From Macrostomum lignano (lineage: Eukaryota), in the NCBI GenBank assembly GCA_002269645.1, contig NIVC01001204.1, forward strand, positions 1 to 64,000: a stretch of 64,000 nucleotides of DNA, given 5' to 3'. This document shows, one piece after another, positions 11,261 through 22,890 of the stretch (position 1 is its first letter; each line of letters starts with the position of its first letter). Below the pieces are notes generated by a model. That model saw only the letters and a list, made by a program, of their open reading frames with translations. It ran no database searches and was not told the origin of the DNA. The position numbers and the translations under genes are program-made.

Positions 11261-12795
11261 TAGTCAAACAGCCACCTCAGAAAATGAAACCGCTGGTTTC
11301 AAATTTTGAGGTGGGTGATCCTCTAAAGACGCTTGTGTCTTTCTTTTTCTAGCCTCCCAACCCCCCAGAGAGGGTCGGGGGGTCTGGGTAGACCAACTCT
11401 CAGGCCAGCCCTTCTCTCACCCGTCTTGCCCCACCGCCTCTCATTCCAAGCCTGTCCTCTGGGTGCCTCTCTTCGCAACTAGCTCTCTCTAAGCCCTCCT
11501 AGTCAAACAGCCACCTCAGAAAATGAAACCACTGGTTTCAAATTTTGAGGTGGGTGATCTGAGTTCTGCACTGCTTCTCTAGCCTCCGCAACTAGCTCTA
11601 CGCTCTCCCGAGCTCATTCTATTTTTAGTCAAACATAACACTAGCGATCTCGCGCTGGGGGTAGAGGGGCGCCTGGGAATTTTGAGTCTCCCGTTGTACT
11701 GAAATCTCCTTCCCCTTGAGCTCCTCTCCCTTTCCCTTCCCCAGCAGTCCGTGCCAGAGCATTGGGCTCTCTTTGCACAGGGGCGCCACCTCAGAAAATG
11801 AAACCGCTGGTTTCAAATTTTGAGGTGGGTCTACACTGCTGCGCTATCCAGTTCTCACCCGCCCTGCCACTCACTGCATGCAGTCGCGCATTCCGCCACA
11901 AGTCCCCCTTCTCTCTCACCCACCCTCCCTCTGCAATTCACTTCTGTGCAGTGCAGCGCCAAAGCCAAAAGAGAATTGCAGAGGGTTGAGGGTTGATCCG
12001 GGCGGGAGGGGGTCTTTCTTTTTCTAGCCTCCACAACTAGCCGCTCCGTTTTCTTCTGCGCTCTCCCGAGCTTAGTCAAACAGCCACCTCAGAAAATGAA
12101 ACCGCTGGTTTCAAATTTTGAGGTGGGTCTACACTGCTGCGCTATCCAGTTCTCACCCGCCCTGCCACTCACTGCATGCAGTCCGCGCATTCCGCCACAA
12201 GTCCCCCTTCTCTCTCCACCCACCCTCCCTCTGCAATTCACTTCTGTGCAGTGCAGCGCCAAAGCCAAAAGAGAATTGCAGAGGGTTGAGGGTTGATCCG
12301 GGCGGGAGGGGGTCTTTCTTTTTCTAGCCTCCACAACTAGCCGCTCCGTTTTCTTCTGCGCTCTCCCGAGCTTAGTCAAACAGCCACCTCAGAAAATGAA
12401 ACCACTGGTTTCAAATTTTGAGGTGGGTGATCTCTTCTATGCTCTCCCAACGCATGGTATGGGTTTTATTTTTAGAACTTACGTCTACACTCTACAAGGT
12501 ACAACCTTCTGGGTGATCCCTCCGTTTTCTTCTACGCTCTCCTAGTCAAACAGCCACCTCAGAAAATGAAACCGTTGGTTTCAAATTTTGAGGTGGGTGA
12601 TCTGAGTTCTGCACTGCTTCCAGCAGAAACATTTTTCTACACTGTCCCAAGCAAATTTGCTATTTTAATCAGACACCCACCTCAGAAAATGAAACCAGTG
12701 GTTTCAAAATTTGAGGTGGGCAATCAAAATGGCATACTTGTTAAACAACCACCCCAGAAAATGAAACCAGTGGTTTCAAAATTTGAGGTTGGTGT
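11261..12795. repeat. Eight copies of a ~45-bp imperfect palindrome (ccacctcagaaaatgaaacc-nnn-ggtttcaaattttgaggtgg) within duplicated spacers
   Basis: Copies at about 11272, 11511, 11786, 12084, 12384, 12554, 12678 and 12751. Segments 11786-12083 and 12084-12383 form a near-identical ~300-bp duplication. Confidence 0.93.
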
Positions 12796-12887
12796 CAATA
12801 TTAGTAATAAAAAACTATCCAAGGATAACTTGCTATTATTATAGCTTCATGAGTTGCTAAATAAACAATACATTGCTAATTTAAAAG

Positions 12888-13511
12888 TCAAAACAACAAG
12901 CCTTCGTCCACTTCCTGTTGCAGCATCGCAAGGGCCTCTGGCAAGTATGCAATCATCGACTTCAGCTTGTGCAGGGACATTGCAGATCTTTGTAGCACCG
13001 GATATTTCTCAGCTTGGTCAGCCAATTTCATCAGAAAGTTGGTCCACTGGCTGGTGAACGGTGCACGTCTTTTCAGCTCGTTGAACTGTTCCTTACTGAG
13101 AACCCGCTCCATTCTCAGAAAGATCCTGCCGAGCTGTAGGCCGTTTGCAAAGCCATGCTTACCATGCCGTTCAACTAGCTTATGAAGGTTGGCAATCTGT
13201 ACAAGCACTGCGTCGATCGTAAATGTTCCCTGCGTAAATTCTTCTAGAGAATGCACTGGCACAGGCTCACTGTTGGTTTTGTAGGCCGTGCGCAACTCGT
13301 CCAGAGCCTTGCCGATTTGTAATTGCTTGTCGGTAGTTTTCGCTAGCCGTCCATTGATAGTTGGCTTCACGATTGGTGACCGAGCAATTGCATTGTATTT
13401 ATCGGCCCAAACATTCCAGTTGTCGAGATCTTTACTATAAAATACAGCCTTTATGAAGTTATCCAGATTTTGGATGTAAACGTTGTTGCCTGCTTGCATT
13501 TCTTCATCCAT
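12888..13511 (-). CDS. Intact 207-aa helical protein, probable Polinton accessory or regulatory gene
   Basis: Uninterrupted non-repetitive ORF with gccATGg. The C-terminus LGRIFL…FTSQWTNFLMKL…KYPVL…LSLHKLK is reminiscent of DUF3102-like helical domains (recalled). Confidence 0.7.
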   Translation of the reverse strand: MDEEMQAGNNVYIQNLDNFIKAVFYSKDLDNWNVWADKYNAIARSPIVKPTINGRLAKTTDKQLQIGKALDELRTAYKTNSEPVPVHSLEEFTQGTFTIDAVLVQIANLHKLVERHGKHGFANGLQLGRIFLRMERVLSKEQFNELKRRAPFTSQWTNFLMKLADQAEKYPVLQRSAMSLHKLKSMIAYLPEALAMLQQEVDEGLLF

Positions 13512-13628
13512 GGCAAGATCCAGAGATTAAGCTAGTCAAAAATAAGAAGTTGCTGGCTCAGCGAGTTGAGGCGGGGCGAGGCGAGGCGGAGCAGGCTGGG
13601 TGAGGCGAGGGGCGATGTGAATCGGCTG

Positions 13629-13636
13629 TATATATA
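13629..13636 (-). promoter_or_regulatory. TATA box of the 207-aa ORF
   Basis: TATATATA lies about 120 bp upstream of the ATG, next to a GC-rich gaggc-repeat leader. Confidence 0.45.
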
Positions 13637-14061
13637 CCATTGGTGTGGGCTCGGGAATCCACGGATTCTCTTTTTGTTCTAGAATTTTCTAGAATTCGAA
13701 TTCTAGAAGGGAAACCCGCAGATTTTCTACTTATAGCCAGTATTTTCTATTAATGGTTGATTGGGGTTGCCTGGGAAAGATCTAGGAAGACTGCTAAAAG
13801 AGCTGGGGGTTGAGAAGGCTGGGGGTTTAAACAAGGAACTAAATGGGCGTTTCTGAAGCTAGGCAAGGGATCTTCTGAGCTAGTTAAGGCTTGAGCTGGG
13901 CAAAAGCTTTTTTCTCTATGCTGCACACGCCGCTCGCGCTATGACAAGAAACAGCTGCCATACCCATTCCGCTATCACCCACCCGCCACACAGCAAAATA
14001 CCATGCGTAAAAATATATATTAATGCAGTCTTAAAGTCTTAAAGCGTATTGTAACGACATT

Positions 14062-14301
14062 CTACAATTGCCTAATGATTTCTGCAAAGTTATAGTAGCT
14101 GTCGTAATCTTTTACGTAGGTTACTCCATACTTATGAAACCAGTGTCTTTGGAGAGCTAGATTAATATTAGGGACATTGATATCAACGTTGGGCCAATAT
14201 TTTCTCATGTACTCGCTGCATTCAAGTTTGCATTGGTACTTGGATTTGTACAATGGATTAGGCTGAGTATAATAAGAACCTGGAGAGACAACTGGAAACA
14301 T
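14062..14301 (-). CDS. Small Tyr-rich hypothetical ORF (79 aa from ATG 14301)
   Basis: Open non-repetitive frame with aaaaATG context like the other Polinton genes. No recognisable domain. Confidence 0.35.
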   Translation of the reverse strand: MFPVVSPGSYYTQPNPLYKSKYQCKLECSEYMRKYWPNVDINVPNINLALQRHWFHKYGVTYVKDYDSYYNFAEIIRQL

Positions 14302-14509
14302 TTTTATTGAGAATTTAATTTTTTTCAAAGGGTAAGGACCCTGGGTTAGGGGATTTAAAGTTTTAGGGATCTGGTTTCGCCGCTTCGGATTGAATGTGGG
14401 CCCCATGGGGAGAAGAATGCAGATTTTTTTTCTGATTGTTTCGAAGATGCTATGGGTGGATGTTGGTGGATGATGTCAGTGTCAGTGAGCATAACAGGTG
14501 TCCACTGTC

Positions 14510-14725
14510 TGATTCTGTCGGGGATAATATGGATGGATTTAATAGGATTATGTTCGAAGTTTTCAGAGCAAGTGCGGCCCCTCCCCTTTTTCATGATTCT
14601 GTCAGGGATAATATGGATGGATTTAATGGGATTATGGAGGACGTTTTGTGAGCGAGTGCGACCCCCCTTTTTTTCTGATTCTGTCAGGGATAATATGGAT
14701 GGATTTAATGGGATTATGGAGGACG
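14510..14725. repeat. Three ~90-bp direct repeats (gattctgtcagggataatatggatggatttaat…), possibly within the Polinton TIR
   Basis: Repeats are directly visible and lie just before ccttctact at 14757-14765. Confidence 0.8.
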
Positions 14726-14959
14726 TGAAAAATTTTGTCCCAAAAGCCCCCTCATGCCTTCTACTAAAGTCCTTACTTTCTTAATAGACTTGCCTAATAT
14801 AGACTAGATTACAAAGTTCTACAAGTTTTTATAGAGCCCAAATTAGGCATGAGAGATTAAAAAGTTAACTTACGCTTTTTCATAAACTGTAGCATCGCTT
14901 GTCTCTCAAGACGACGTTTTTTTCTTAGATTGACCACGCTTCGTAGATCGTAGCGACCG

Positions 14960-15018
14960 CGTTGCTGCTGCTGCTTCTTCTTCTTCTTCATCTTCATCTG
15001 CTGCTGCTGTTGTTGCTT

Positions 15019-15051
<33 letters not shown>

Positions 15052-15078
15052 TTCCTCCTCCTCCTGCTGTTGTTGTTG

Positions 15079-15123
<45 letters not shown>

Positions 15124-15145
15124 ATGCTGCTGCTGCTGCTGCTCC
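14960..15145. repeat. Mixed trinucleotide microsatellite (CTG/GTT/CTT)n
   Basis: Directly visible. Confidence 0.95.
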
Positions 15146-15504
15146 TCTTGAGGCTGTTGCCCATCGTGCCGTTGCAGTTGCAGTTGACAATTGTATGGAT
15201 ACGAGTACGGCCAAATCGGATAGGGGTGTGGAAAAAAAACATCGATGGGTATGGACAGAAGCCACTGAAGAAGTTCATTAGAGGAAGATGAAAGGAAACG
15301 AGAAATTGAAAGAAAAGAAATTAAAATGAAATAAAAAAGTAAAAATGAAATGAAAACAAATAAGATGAGTCGAGAGTAAAAATTATTTTGAAAAATGTAA
15401 AAATGAGAAACTGATAAACTGTGTGAGGCACAACTGAGAAAGTTTCAGAGCTGTCGCTGAATCGATCGATGCATTTTATTCTTTATTTCAAACGCAGAGC
15501 TACG

Positions 15505-15645
15505 TTGCTTACTCATCTAACGAGTATAATAACTTCAAGTGCACAAGTCCTACACTGAGTCCTATACTGAGTGTAGGAGTGTAGGTTATACGAGTGTAAG
15601 ACTTGCGCACTTGAAGTTATTATAACTACTGAGTTGCGCAACAAC
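15505..15645. mobile_element. Small foldback/MITE relic
   Basis: 25-bp inverted repeat with 1 mismatch: 15525-15549 vs 15600-15624. Confidence 0.6.
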
Positions 15646-15699
15646 CCCCTGACCGCTCTATTTTAGTTATTTTAGTTTAATTGATTGACTGAGAGGTGA

Positions 15700-17306
15700 G
15701 TGTTGCTATTCACGTGGTTATATTATCAACATATTTGAATAAGAAGTCAGTGGCTGCGTGTGTTCAATCGGACCCTGGCTCTCACTGTAGCAGCCAAAGA
15801 ATTCAATGCTTTAAATCGGTATATTTCAAATGCAAACTGTTCCACGAGTTTTGAACTTTCAGTAAAAAGATTTATATTGCTGGAAAGATCTTGCTGCCCT
15901 GAGTTCGGGATATAAGTTGTTTGCTTTAAATATGAAAGCGAAAAGCACAGCATCCAAAAAACGATTTCCATACTTTTAACTTTCTTTAAAGATGGTGCTC
16001 ATTTTTGTGAGACGTAGCAGACAAAGTTCGAGGGTTCAAATTCTAATTGCTCAGTGTGCTTTAGTGGGGGGTGGTCGGTCGCTGTGTATTGGAGGGTTGA
16101 TTTAGATTGCGCGATCATTTTAATTGAGACTCTTACTGACTGACAGAGAAACGAATTGCGCTATCAATTTGTTTTATTATCTCTGCCTTTCAATAGGCTG
16201 CTCTGTGTAATAGCGTGGCAGTGAAATGAATGAATAAACTTGAGCGCCTCCTTAGCAGACAGTGAATGTGACACTTGATACTTAAATGCTTTAGAACTGT
16301 ATATTTCAAACGCTAACTGTTCCTCGGATTTTGAGCTTTGAGAGAAGAGACTTATATTGCTAGAAAGATCTTGCAACGCTGAGTTCGGGAATATAAGTTG
16401 CTTGCTTTAAATATGAAAAATAAAAGCAAAGCATTTAAAAAACGATTTCCATACTTTTTTATTGTGCTCACCTTTGCGAGGCGCGTGCTTTAGTGAGGGT
16501 CAGTCGCTGTGTATTGGAGGGTTGATTTAAATTGCGCAATCTTTTTTGCTAACTTTAACTGATACTGACTGACTGAGAAATCGTTTGTGCAATCAATTGG
16601 TTCAAATATTTTATTATCGGCACCTTTCAACACCCAGCTCTGTTCAGCTCTAACCCTAAACCTAACCCTAAACCCAGCAACTGAATCCTGACACTTGAGT
16701 TCTGTTTGAGGGAGAAAATTTCGATGGTGTTCAGTCTCACGGAGAGGATTTCGATGGATTTGGAGAAACGCTGGAGGATGGTATTCTAAGGGGTGCTTCT
16801 AATGGAAATCTTTGGATAGGTGATTCATTGGGGAATTCCATCGATGTGGGATTTTTTCGATAGAGGTTTCTTTGGGGGATTCTTTAGATGAAGGATTCTT
16901 TCGATAAAGGGATCCTTTAGATATGGGATTGTTTGGATGGGGATTCTTTAGATGGGGGTCATTAGGACATGATTCTTTAGATGAGGGGATTCTTTAGCCA
17001 AGAATTCTGTTGATAGGGGAATATTTGGATGGGAGGTTTTTTTGGGTGGGGATTTTTTGGATGCGGGATTCTTTGGATGGGGATTATTTGGAGGGGGTTC
17101 TTTAGATGGGATTTTTTGGCCAATTTTTTATGGGGGATTATTTAGATAGGAGATCTATAGACTATTTGGATGTGAATTTTTTGGATGGGAATTTTTTGAT
17201 GGGGGATTCTTTGCATGTGAGATTCTTTATATCGTGGATTTTGTGGATGGGGAAAACTTTGGTTGGAGTTTGGACGGAAAGCCCCAAGGGGGTTGGAATT
17301 GGCTAG
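15700..17306 (+). mobile_element. Helitron-like non-autonomous element 1 (5' end uncertain)
   Basis: 3' hairpin cccc-aa-gggg, then CTAG at 17303-17306. Contains an internal ~400-bp duplication (15800-16190 vs 16260-16620) and a module shared with elements 2 and 3. Confidence 0.5.
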
Positions 17307-19555
17307 TCCTATATACTAAAAATGAAAATCTTGCTTGCTTGCTTGTAATCGATTAGAGAAAAAATGGCTTAACCGATTTTCATGAGACTTGCACTGTTCG
17401 ATCAGAAATTTTCCCGTGACTGTACATGCATCGTGGCTAAGAAATTGCTCGATGCTAAAGGCATTAAATATTCGAAAAACATGCTTTTTTGCAAAGGTCA
17501 AGCAAACTTTTCGACTTGAAATGCATTGTAAGAATGCTAGAAAAAAACTGACTGGTTGAATTCTGATTCTGAAATAGATTGCATCATAACTGAATTGTAA
17601 CTCCGACTTGAATTGAAAATGCAGTGTGGAAGCGTAGCACCAGACTTGATTTAAATTGCGTAACCATATTGTTAACTGATACTGACTGACTGAGAAACTG
17701 ATTATGTCATAACTGCTTTGTGTGATTTACTCTATGCTTGGATTTTAAAGTGTTGAATTATATAAGTGCAAAATTTGGTGTTATCAAAACGATGAGAGCT
17801 AGCCTAGAGGTGAACAAACTGAACTGCTAAATGCAGTTTGGTTCGAATTGGTTCGAATTTTCATAGAGTATAATTTTTTTAATTAAAGCTTTTCAACGTC
17901 AGGAAAACTAAAAGACTTTTTAAAAAGAAGCGTCATGTAAAAATCATAGAAGCGTCATGTAAACAATCATAGAAGCGTCATGTAAAAAATCATAGAAATG
18001 CCATGTAAAAAATCATAGAAGCGTCATGTAAAAAATCATAGAAGCGTCATGTAAACAATCATAGAAGCATTATGTAAAAAATCGTAGAAGCGTCATATAA
18101 AAATCATAGAAGCGTCATTTAAAAAATCATAGAAGCGTCATGTAAACAATCATAAAAGCGTCATGTAAAAAATCATAGAAGCGTCATGTAAACAATCATA
18201 GAAGCGTCATGTAAAAATCATAAAAGCGTCATGTAAAAAATCATAGAAGCTTCATGTAAACAATCATAGAAGCGTCATGTAAACAATCATAGAAGCGTCA
18301 TGTAAAAATCATAGAAGCGTCATGTAAAAATCATAGAAGTGTCAAGAAAAAATCATAGAAGCCTTATTTAAAAACTAATAAGTGTGTCATTTAAAAAAAT
18401 AAGAAGCATCATGGTACAATAAAAGAAGCGTCATGTCAGACATGAAGGGTGTCATGTAAAAAATTAAATGCAGCTATAATGCTGTGCTGGGGAGAAAAAC
18501 TGAGACGTAAAGGCTCTCAGATAATAACTGAGATTACGGGGGGGGGAGGTTTCTGAGATGTCAAAGCAAAAGTCAGAAGCTACTTCAAAGTTCATGTACT
18601 TTACTCAATTTTTTATTGCATTCTTTGTTGGCTCGCCACGGGGGGCGCTGATAGAAGAAGAGCCATGTAAGAAATAAAAGTAGCACTATGTATACATAAA
18701 AGAAAAGTCATGTCGAAGTTAAAAGATTCATTTGGGAATTGCTACGATGTCAAAGCTTGGTGGAAATCGTTATAATGCTGTGATTCTTAAATAAGGAATC
18801 ACTAAAATGTCAAGGCTTAGGGGAGAAGAATTGCTGAGATTTCAAGGCTTTAGGTTGGGTTAAAGTTAGGTTTAGGTCAGGTTTGGGTTGAGGGTTATAT
18901 TTTATCGGGTTTCAAGGTTAACAGAATAACAGGGGATTTTTTAGATTTCAAGGTTTATGGGGGCCATCGCTGACATGTCAAGGCTTACGGGGGGAATAGC
19001 TGAGATGTCAAGGCTCACGTGGGTATAAATGAGATTTCAAGGCTAAAGTCAGAAGCTACATGTAGTTTATTGAAAACTTTTTATTACATTATTTGATGCC
19101 TCCTCAGGGGAGGGATCGCTGATAAAAAAAAGCGTAATGTAAAAAATAAAAGAAGCTTCATGTCGAAGTTAAGAGATTCATTTGGGAATCCCTACGATGT
19201 CGATGCTTGCAGGGAATCGCTATAATGCTGTAGTAGTGCTATAATGACTCTTAGAGAGAATTACTGAAATTTCAAAGCTTTAGGGTTAGGTTAGGGTTAG
19301 GGTTAGGGTAGGGTTAGGCTAGGGTTAGGGTTAGAAAGTTGACAGATATTTTTAGATTTCCAAGGCTTATTGGGGGCATTGCTGAGATGTCAAGGGGGGA
19401 AGTTGATATGTTAAAGCTTGTGGGGGGAATTACTGACATGTCAAGGCTTACAAGGTTTGACAAGAGATTTTTTAAGATTTCAAGGATACATGTAGCTTAT
19501 TAAAAAACGTGTATTGCATTTCTTTGGCTCCCCAACGGGGGGCGTAGATTGCTAG
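17307..19555 (+). mobile_element. Helitron-like non-autonomous element 2 with an internal 22-23-bp minisatellite
   Basis: 5' end TCctatatactaaaa…(ttgc)n…aaccgattttcatg. 3' hairpin cccc-aac-gggg, then cgtagattgCTAG|T at 19552-19556. Array agaagcgtcatgtaaaaaatcat at 17930-18470. Confidence 0.7.
19281..19333 (+). repeat. Interstitial telomere-like (TTAGGG)n
   Basis: Directly visible; a degenerate CCCTAA-type run also occurs at 16648-16675. Confidence 0.85.
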
Positions 19556-19608
19556 TAGCTGTCTAAATCTCGAAGTCATAGCCGAATAGAAGGGACGCTG
19601 CTGGGACT

Positions 19609-19965
19609 AAGATCGGCAAGAACGGAAAAACCACTTCACCCGTCGGCTTCGTGACCTTCAAGACCCGGCTGGACGCTGAGATGGCCAAGAAGGACCTGTA
19701 GGGCGTGAAGTTCGACCTGGAGATGCCGCAGACGCTCTGCTTGGAGTTCGCTACCAGCAACGAAGGTGACGCAGCCGAAGCAGCACAGCCCGCAACAGCC
19801 CGCCGCCCACCAGACTCTGCTGCATCAGCTCGCTGGGCCCGAGCTGCCAGCCTTCATCCACACTACGGACGCCTAGCTGGCCGACTCACCCGGCCTTCTC
19901 GTACGCGGACTTGACCACGCCGACGCAGCTGTTCCCGTCCACCGCGCTGCAGCCACTCACCTAGA
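19609..19965 (+). pseudogene. RBPMS/cpo: RBPMS/couch potato/MEC-8 family RRM fragment, intronless and disabled
   Basis: [47 protein letters not shown], then after a frameshift KVTQPKQHSPQQP…. Stop at 19699-19701 and frameshift near 19760. Confidence 0.85.
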
Positions 19966-20391
19966 TGTCCATCCGAACCCCCCGCCTTATGTAAGGACCA
20001 GAAGGGGCTGTACTGCGAATGAGCGCTGGCGGCCTGCGATTCCTTGTTCAACTTTATAACCTTTGCTATGCCGTTTTTCGGGGAATCAGTTTCCCCGCAT
20101 CCCTATCTAACGTGTGCGAGACTTCCAATAAATATCTGTAGCCGCCGCAGCTGCTACAAGTCAGTCTGCCGCTTTCTTCAAATCCGCAAATTGAAAAATG
20201 CCGAGAAATGTAAAACAAACCGTTTTTTCATGCGCACCCCAAGCAGCAAAATTCATTGTTTAAATCGGTCGCATTTCGAATTCTTCCGTTCAGCCAATCT
20301 CCGACCGGGAAGGAGGGGAGGCGGTTTAATTTGGCGGGCCAAACTTGACTTAAAAACATTTGACTGTTCTCAATTCTTTTCTATTTCACCC

Positions 20392-22853
20392 GTGCCCACG
20401 TGCAGCGCCTCCGTCTTGCGAGCATTCACCAGCAGCCCAACACGGGCGCCCTCGTCGCACAGCCTTGTGAGAGCGCGCTGGGCCGCAGCTGGGTCGCGGC
20501 AGAGCAGCGCGATGTCGTCAGCATACGCGAGAGCGGGAAGCGAAACATCAGGGTGTCTGGAGCTTCGGCGTGGGACCAGCAAGTAGCTATCATCCTCGCG
20601 GAGGGACAGACGAAGCACGTAGTCCACAACCACGAGGAGGAGCAGAGGAGCCAGCGTGTCACCCTGAAGAACGCCTGAGCTGGTGCCGAACTCTTCTGTG
20701 GGGCCGTCGCTCGACATGACAAAAGCCCTGGAGTCGCGGTAGAGGTCCATCACCGCACTCACCAGCGCAGCAGGCACGCCATATTGCGATAGAAGCCACG
20801 CGATCGCAGGCCTGGACACCGAGTCAAACGCCTTGCGAAAGTCGACGAAGATGATTGACACGGAGCGCTGGCGGGTCTTGCAGGCCTCGATGACAGAGCG
20901 GATGGTGGCAACCTGCTCGGTGGTGGACCTACCCGGGCGGAAGCCGCTTTGGAGGCTCAGCAGCAGCGAGTTGAGGCCAGGCAGCAGGCGGTTGCGCAGA
21001 ATTGCGTTCAGCAGCTTCGGCGTTGTGCATTCCAGTGCGATGCCCCGCTGGTTGTCCAGGCTGGTGGAGGCGCCTTTCTTCGGGATGGAGACAATCTTGG
21101 AGGTGCGCCATTGCTGAGGAGCTGAGGCGGTCTCGTTGCCTCCAATGCTGCAGTGTTTGTTCAGCAGGCTGGTGATGGTTGGGGTGAGTTCGGGCAGCTT
21201 CAGGACCCTGGGAGGGATGGCGTCCACCCCAGCGGCGGCATCAGCTCGCATCGTCCTCAGTGCTCGGTCAACCTCGCCTGCAGTGATGGGGCCGGTGTTG
21301 AAGGCGCTCGGCTGGGCTGGAGTGAAGTCCGGGATTGGCAGAAGAGGCGCAGTTGGAGCGGGCGCGTTGAGCACCTCGCGGTAGTGGGCGGCCAGTAGTG
21401 CCTTGCGGTGCTCGGTGGAATCAGCGCCGACGATGGTGCTGGGCCTGGGTTTCCTGCCTGTCAGCTGGTTGATGGCCCTCCAGGCAGCGCTATGGCGGCA
21501 GTTGTCAGTGGCGAGTTGGATTTCGCTCACAGCCTCTTCGATGAAGGCTTCGGTCCGTTGGGCGTAGATGCGCTGCAGCTCGTCCCTGGCAGCACTGGAC
21601 TGGTCGCTGTCATGGCCGTGGAGTGCAGCAGTGCTCTGCACATGCCGCCTTGCCTGGGAGATGACGCGATCGCGTTCCCACAGTGTCTTTGGATGGTTTG
21701 CCTGTCTCCGTGGGATAAGCGCTGCAGCATCCTCAACAGCGTGATGGAAAGACTCGAAGGACTCGGCTGGAGCAGGAGTGGCGGCAAGCAGCTTGCGAAG
21801 GAAGGCCTGCCGCGTGTCCGGGTTTCTCAGATCGGCCCAGAGCGGGTGAGGTGGCGCAGGCCGGAGCTTTTGCCAGTGCAGATCGAAGTCGCATGCCACC
21901 AGGCGGTGATCAGATTGAACGCAGTCGGGGCGGATATTGAGGACTCTGCGCACCCTGGACCTCAGAGCAATTGGGCAGAGAATCCAGTCCAGCCGAGTGG
22001 TTCGCCCGTTGGGACCAGAGAAAGTTGGGAGCTTGCTGAAGCGCTGTCGCATGGTGCCATTGACAGTTATCAGATCTCTGGCCTGGATAAAACTAGATAG
22101 AAAAGGAGAGTTGGCATTGGGGGTGCCACAGCTGTTCTTTACCAAGCGGCCGTCAGCTGGCAGTGGCGAGTTGAAGTCACCAGCGACAATGACAGAATCA
22201 CGAGCAGGGATGGAATCAAGCATGCAGTCCAGAGTGTCGTAAAGGGCTTCTGTCTCAGATGGATCTTTGCTGGTCCGAGGGGCCGTTGGGGCATAGACGC
22301 AGATGATGTGAAGGCGCCTGTCTTTTCCGGTAAACGAGGCGTGTCCCAGGCGTTCGGATGGGAATCTGATGTCCAGCAGCGCTCTGGTTGCGGCGGGTGA
22401 CATCAGGAAGCCGATACCTCCAGTTCCCTGTGGAGTGGCTGGGGCAGCCTTGAATTGCCAGCTTAGGCCCAGATCCATAGTCTCGTCGGGGTTCTGCCGC
22501 CGATGTTCTTGAACTGCCAGGATGGAGATGTTGAGGTCGGCCGCCAGCCTGGTCAGCTCCTGCAGTCTCCATGTCTGACTGAGAGTGCGGGCATTGAAGG
22601 TGGCGACCCGAATCTGGTTTTGAAGATGTGGCCGACTTGTCTCCTTGGCTCTGCTTGTGCGTGCATTGCGGGGGGCCGAGTTGGGTGGGAGCACTGGCCC
22701 TCGAGGCTCCGGATTGGCAGGCCGCGAGTCCTGGAAGGTCCGACGGGCATTGGCACGGAGCTCTTTGCGCCGCGCATTAAAAAGCTGCCGGCGGCGCTTA
22801 GAGGCCTCCTGACTCCGTCGTCCCCTGTGTGTCGCCAGCTTGGTTGCGCCGCG
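20392..22853 (-). CDS. RTE ORF, 5' part: APE endonuclease plus RT core
   Basis: Endonuclease motifs VATFNARTL, AVQEHR, IVAGDFN, LDWIL and SDHRLV. RT motifs QSGFRPGRST, FVDFRKAFDS, GVLQGDTLAP and LAYADD. The frame is open for about 820 codons up to the breakpoint at LHVG. Confidence 0.95.
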
Positions 22854-22890
22854 CTATCAGGACTGATGGCGGCTCCGTTGGCACCTGGTC

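Larger units (their letters stand above)
1..14765. mobile_element. Polinton/Maverick (adintovirus-like) endogenous virus, left part outside the window
   Basis: Dense cluster of apparently intronless ORFs: A32-like ATPase, adenain-like protease, pPolB, rve integrase, PLA2 and pX-like. This gene set is diagnostic. The right boundary (…ccttCTACT at 14765) is inferred only. Confidence 0.92.

Noticed and set aside
11261-12795. CRISPR array (also considered for the other regular repeats)
   Set aside because: Eukaryotic context, no cas genes, and spacers are irregular, duplicated or absent.
1-14765. Major or minor capsid protein genes
   Set aside because: No jelly-roll-like ORF recognised; presumably upstream of the window.
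19281-19333. True chromosome end
   Set aside because: The tract is short, imperfect and internal to a repeat element.
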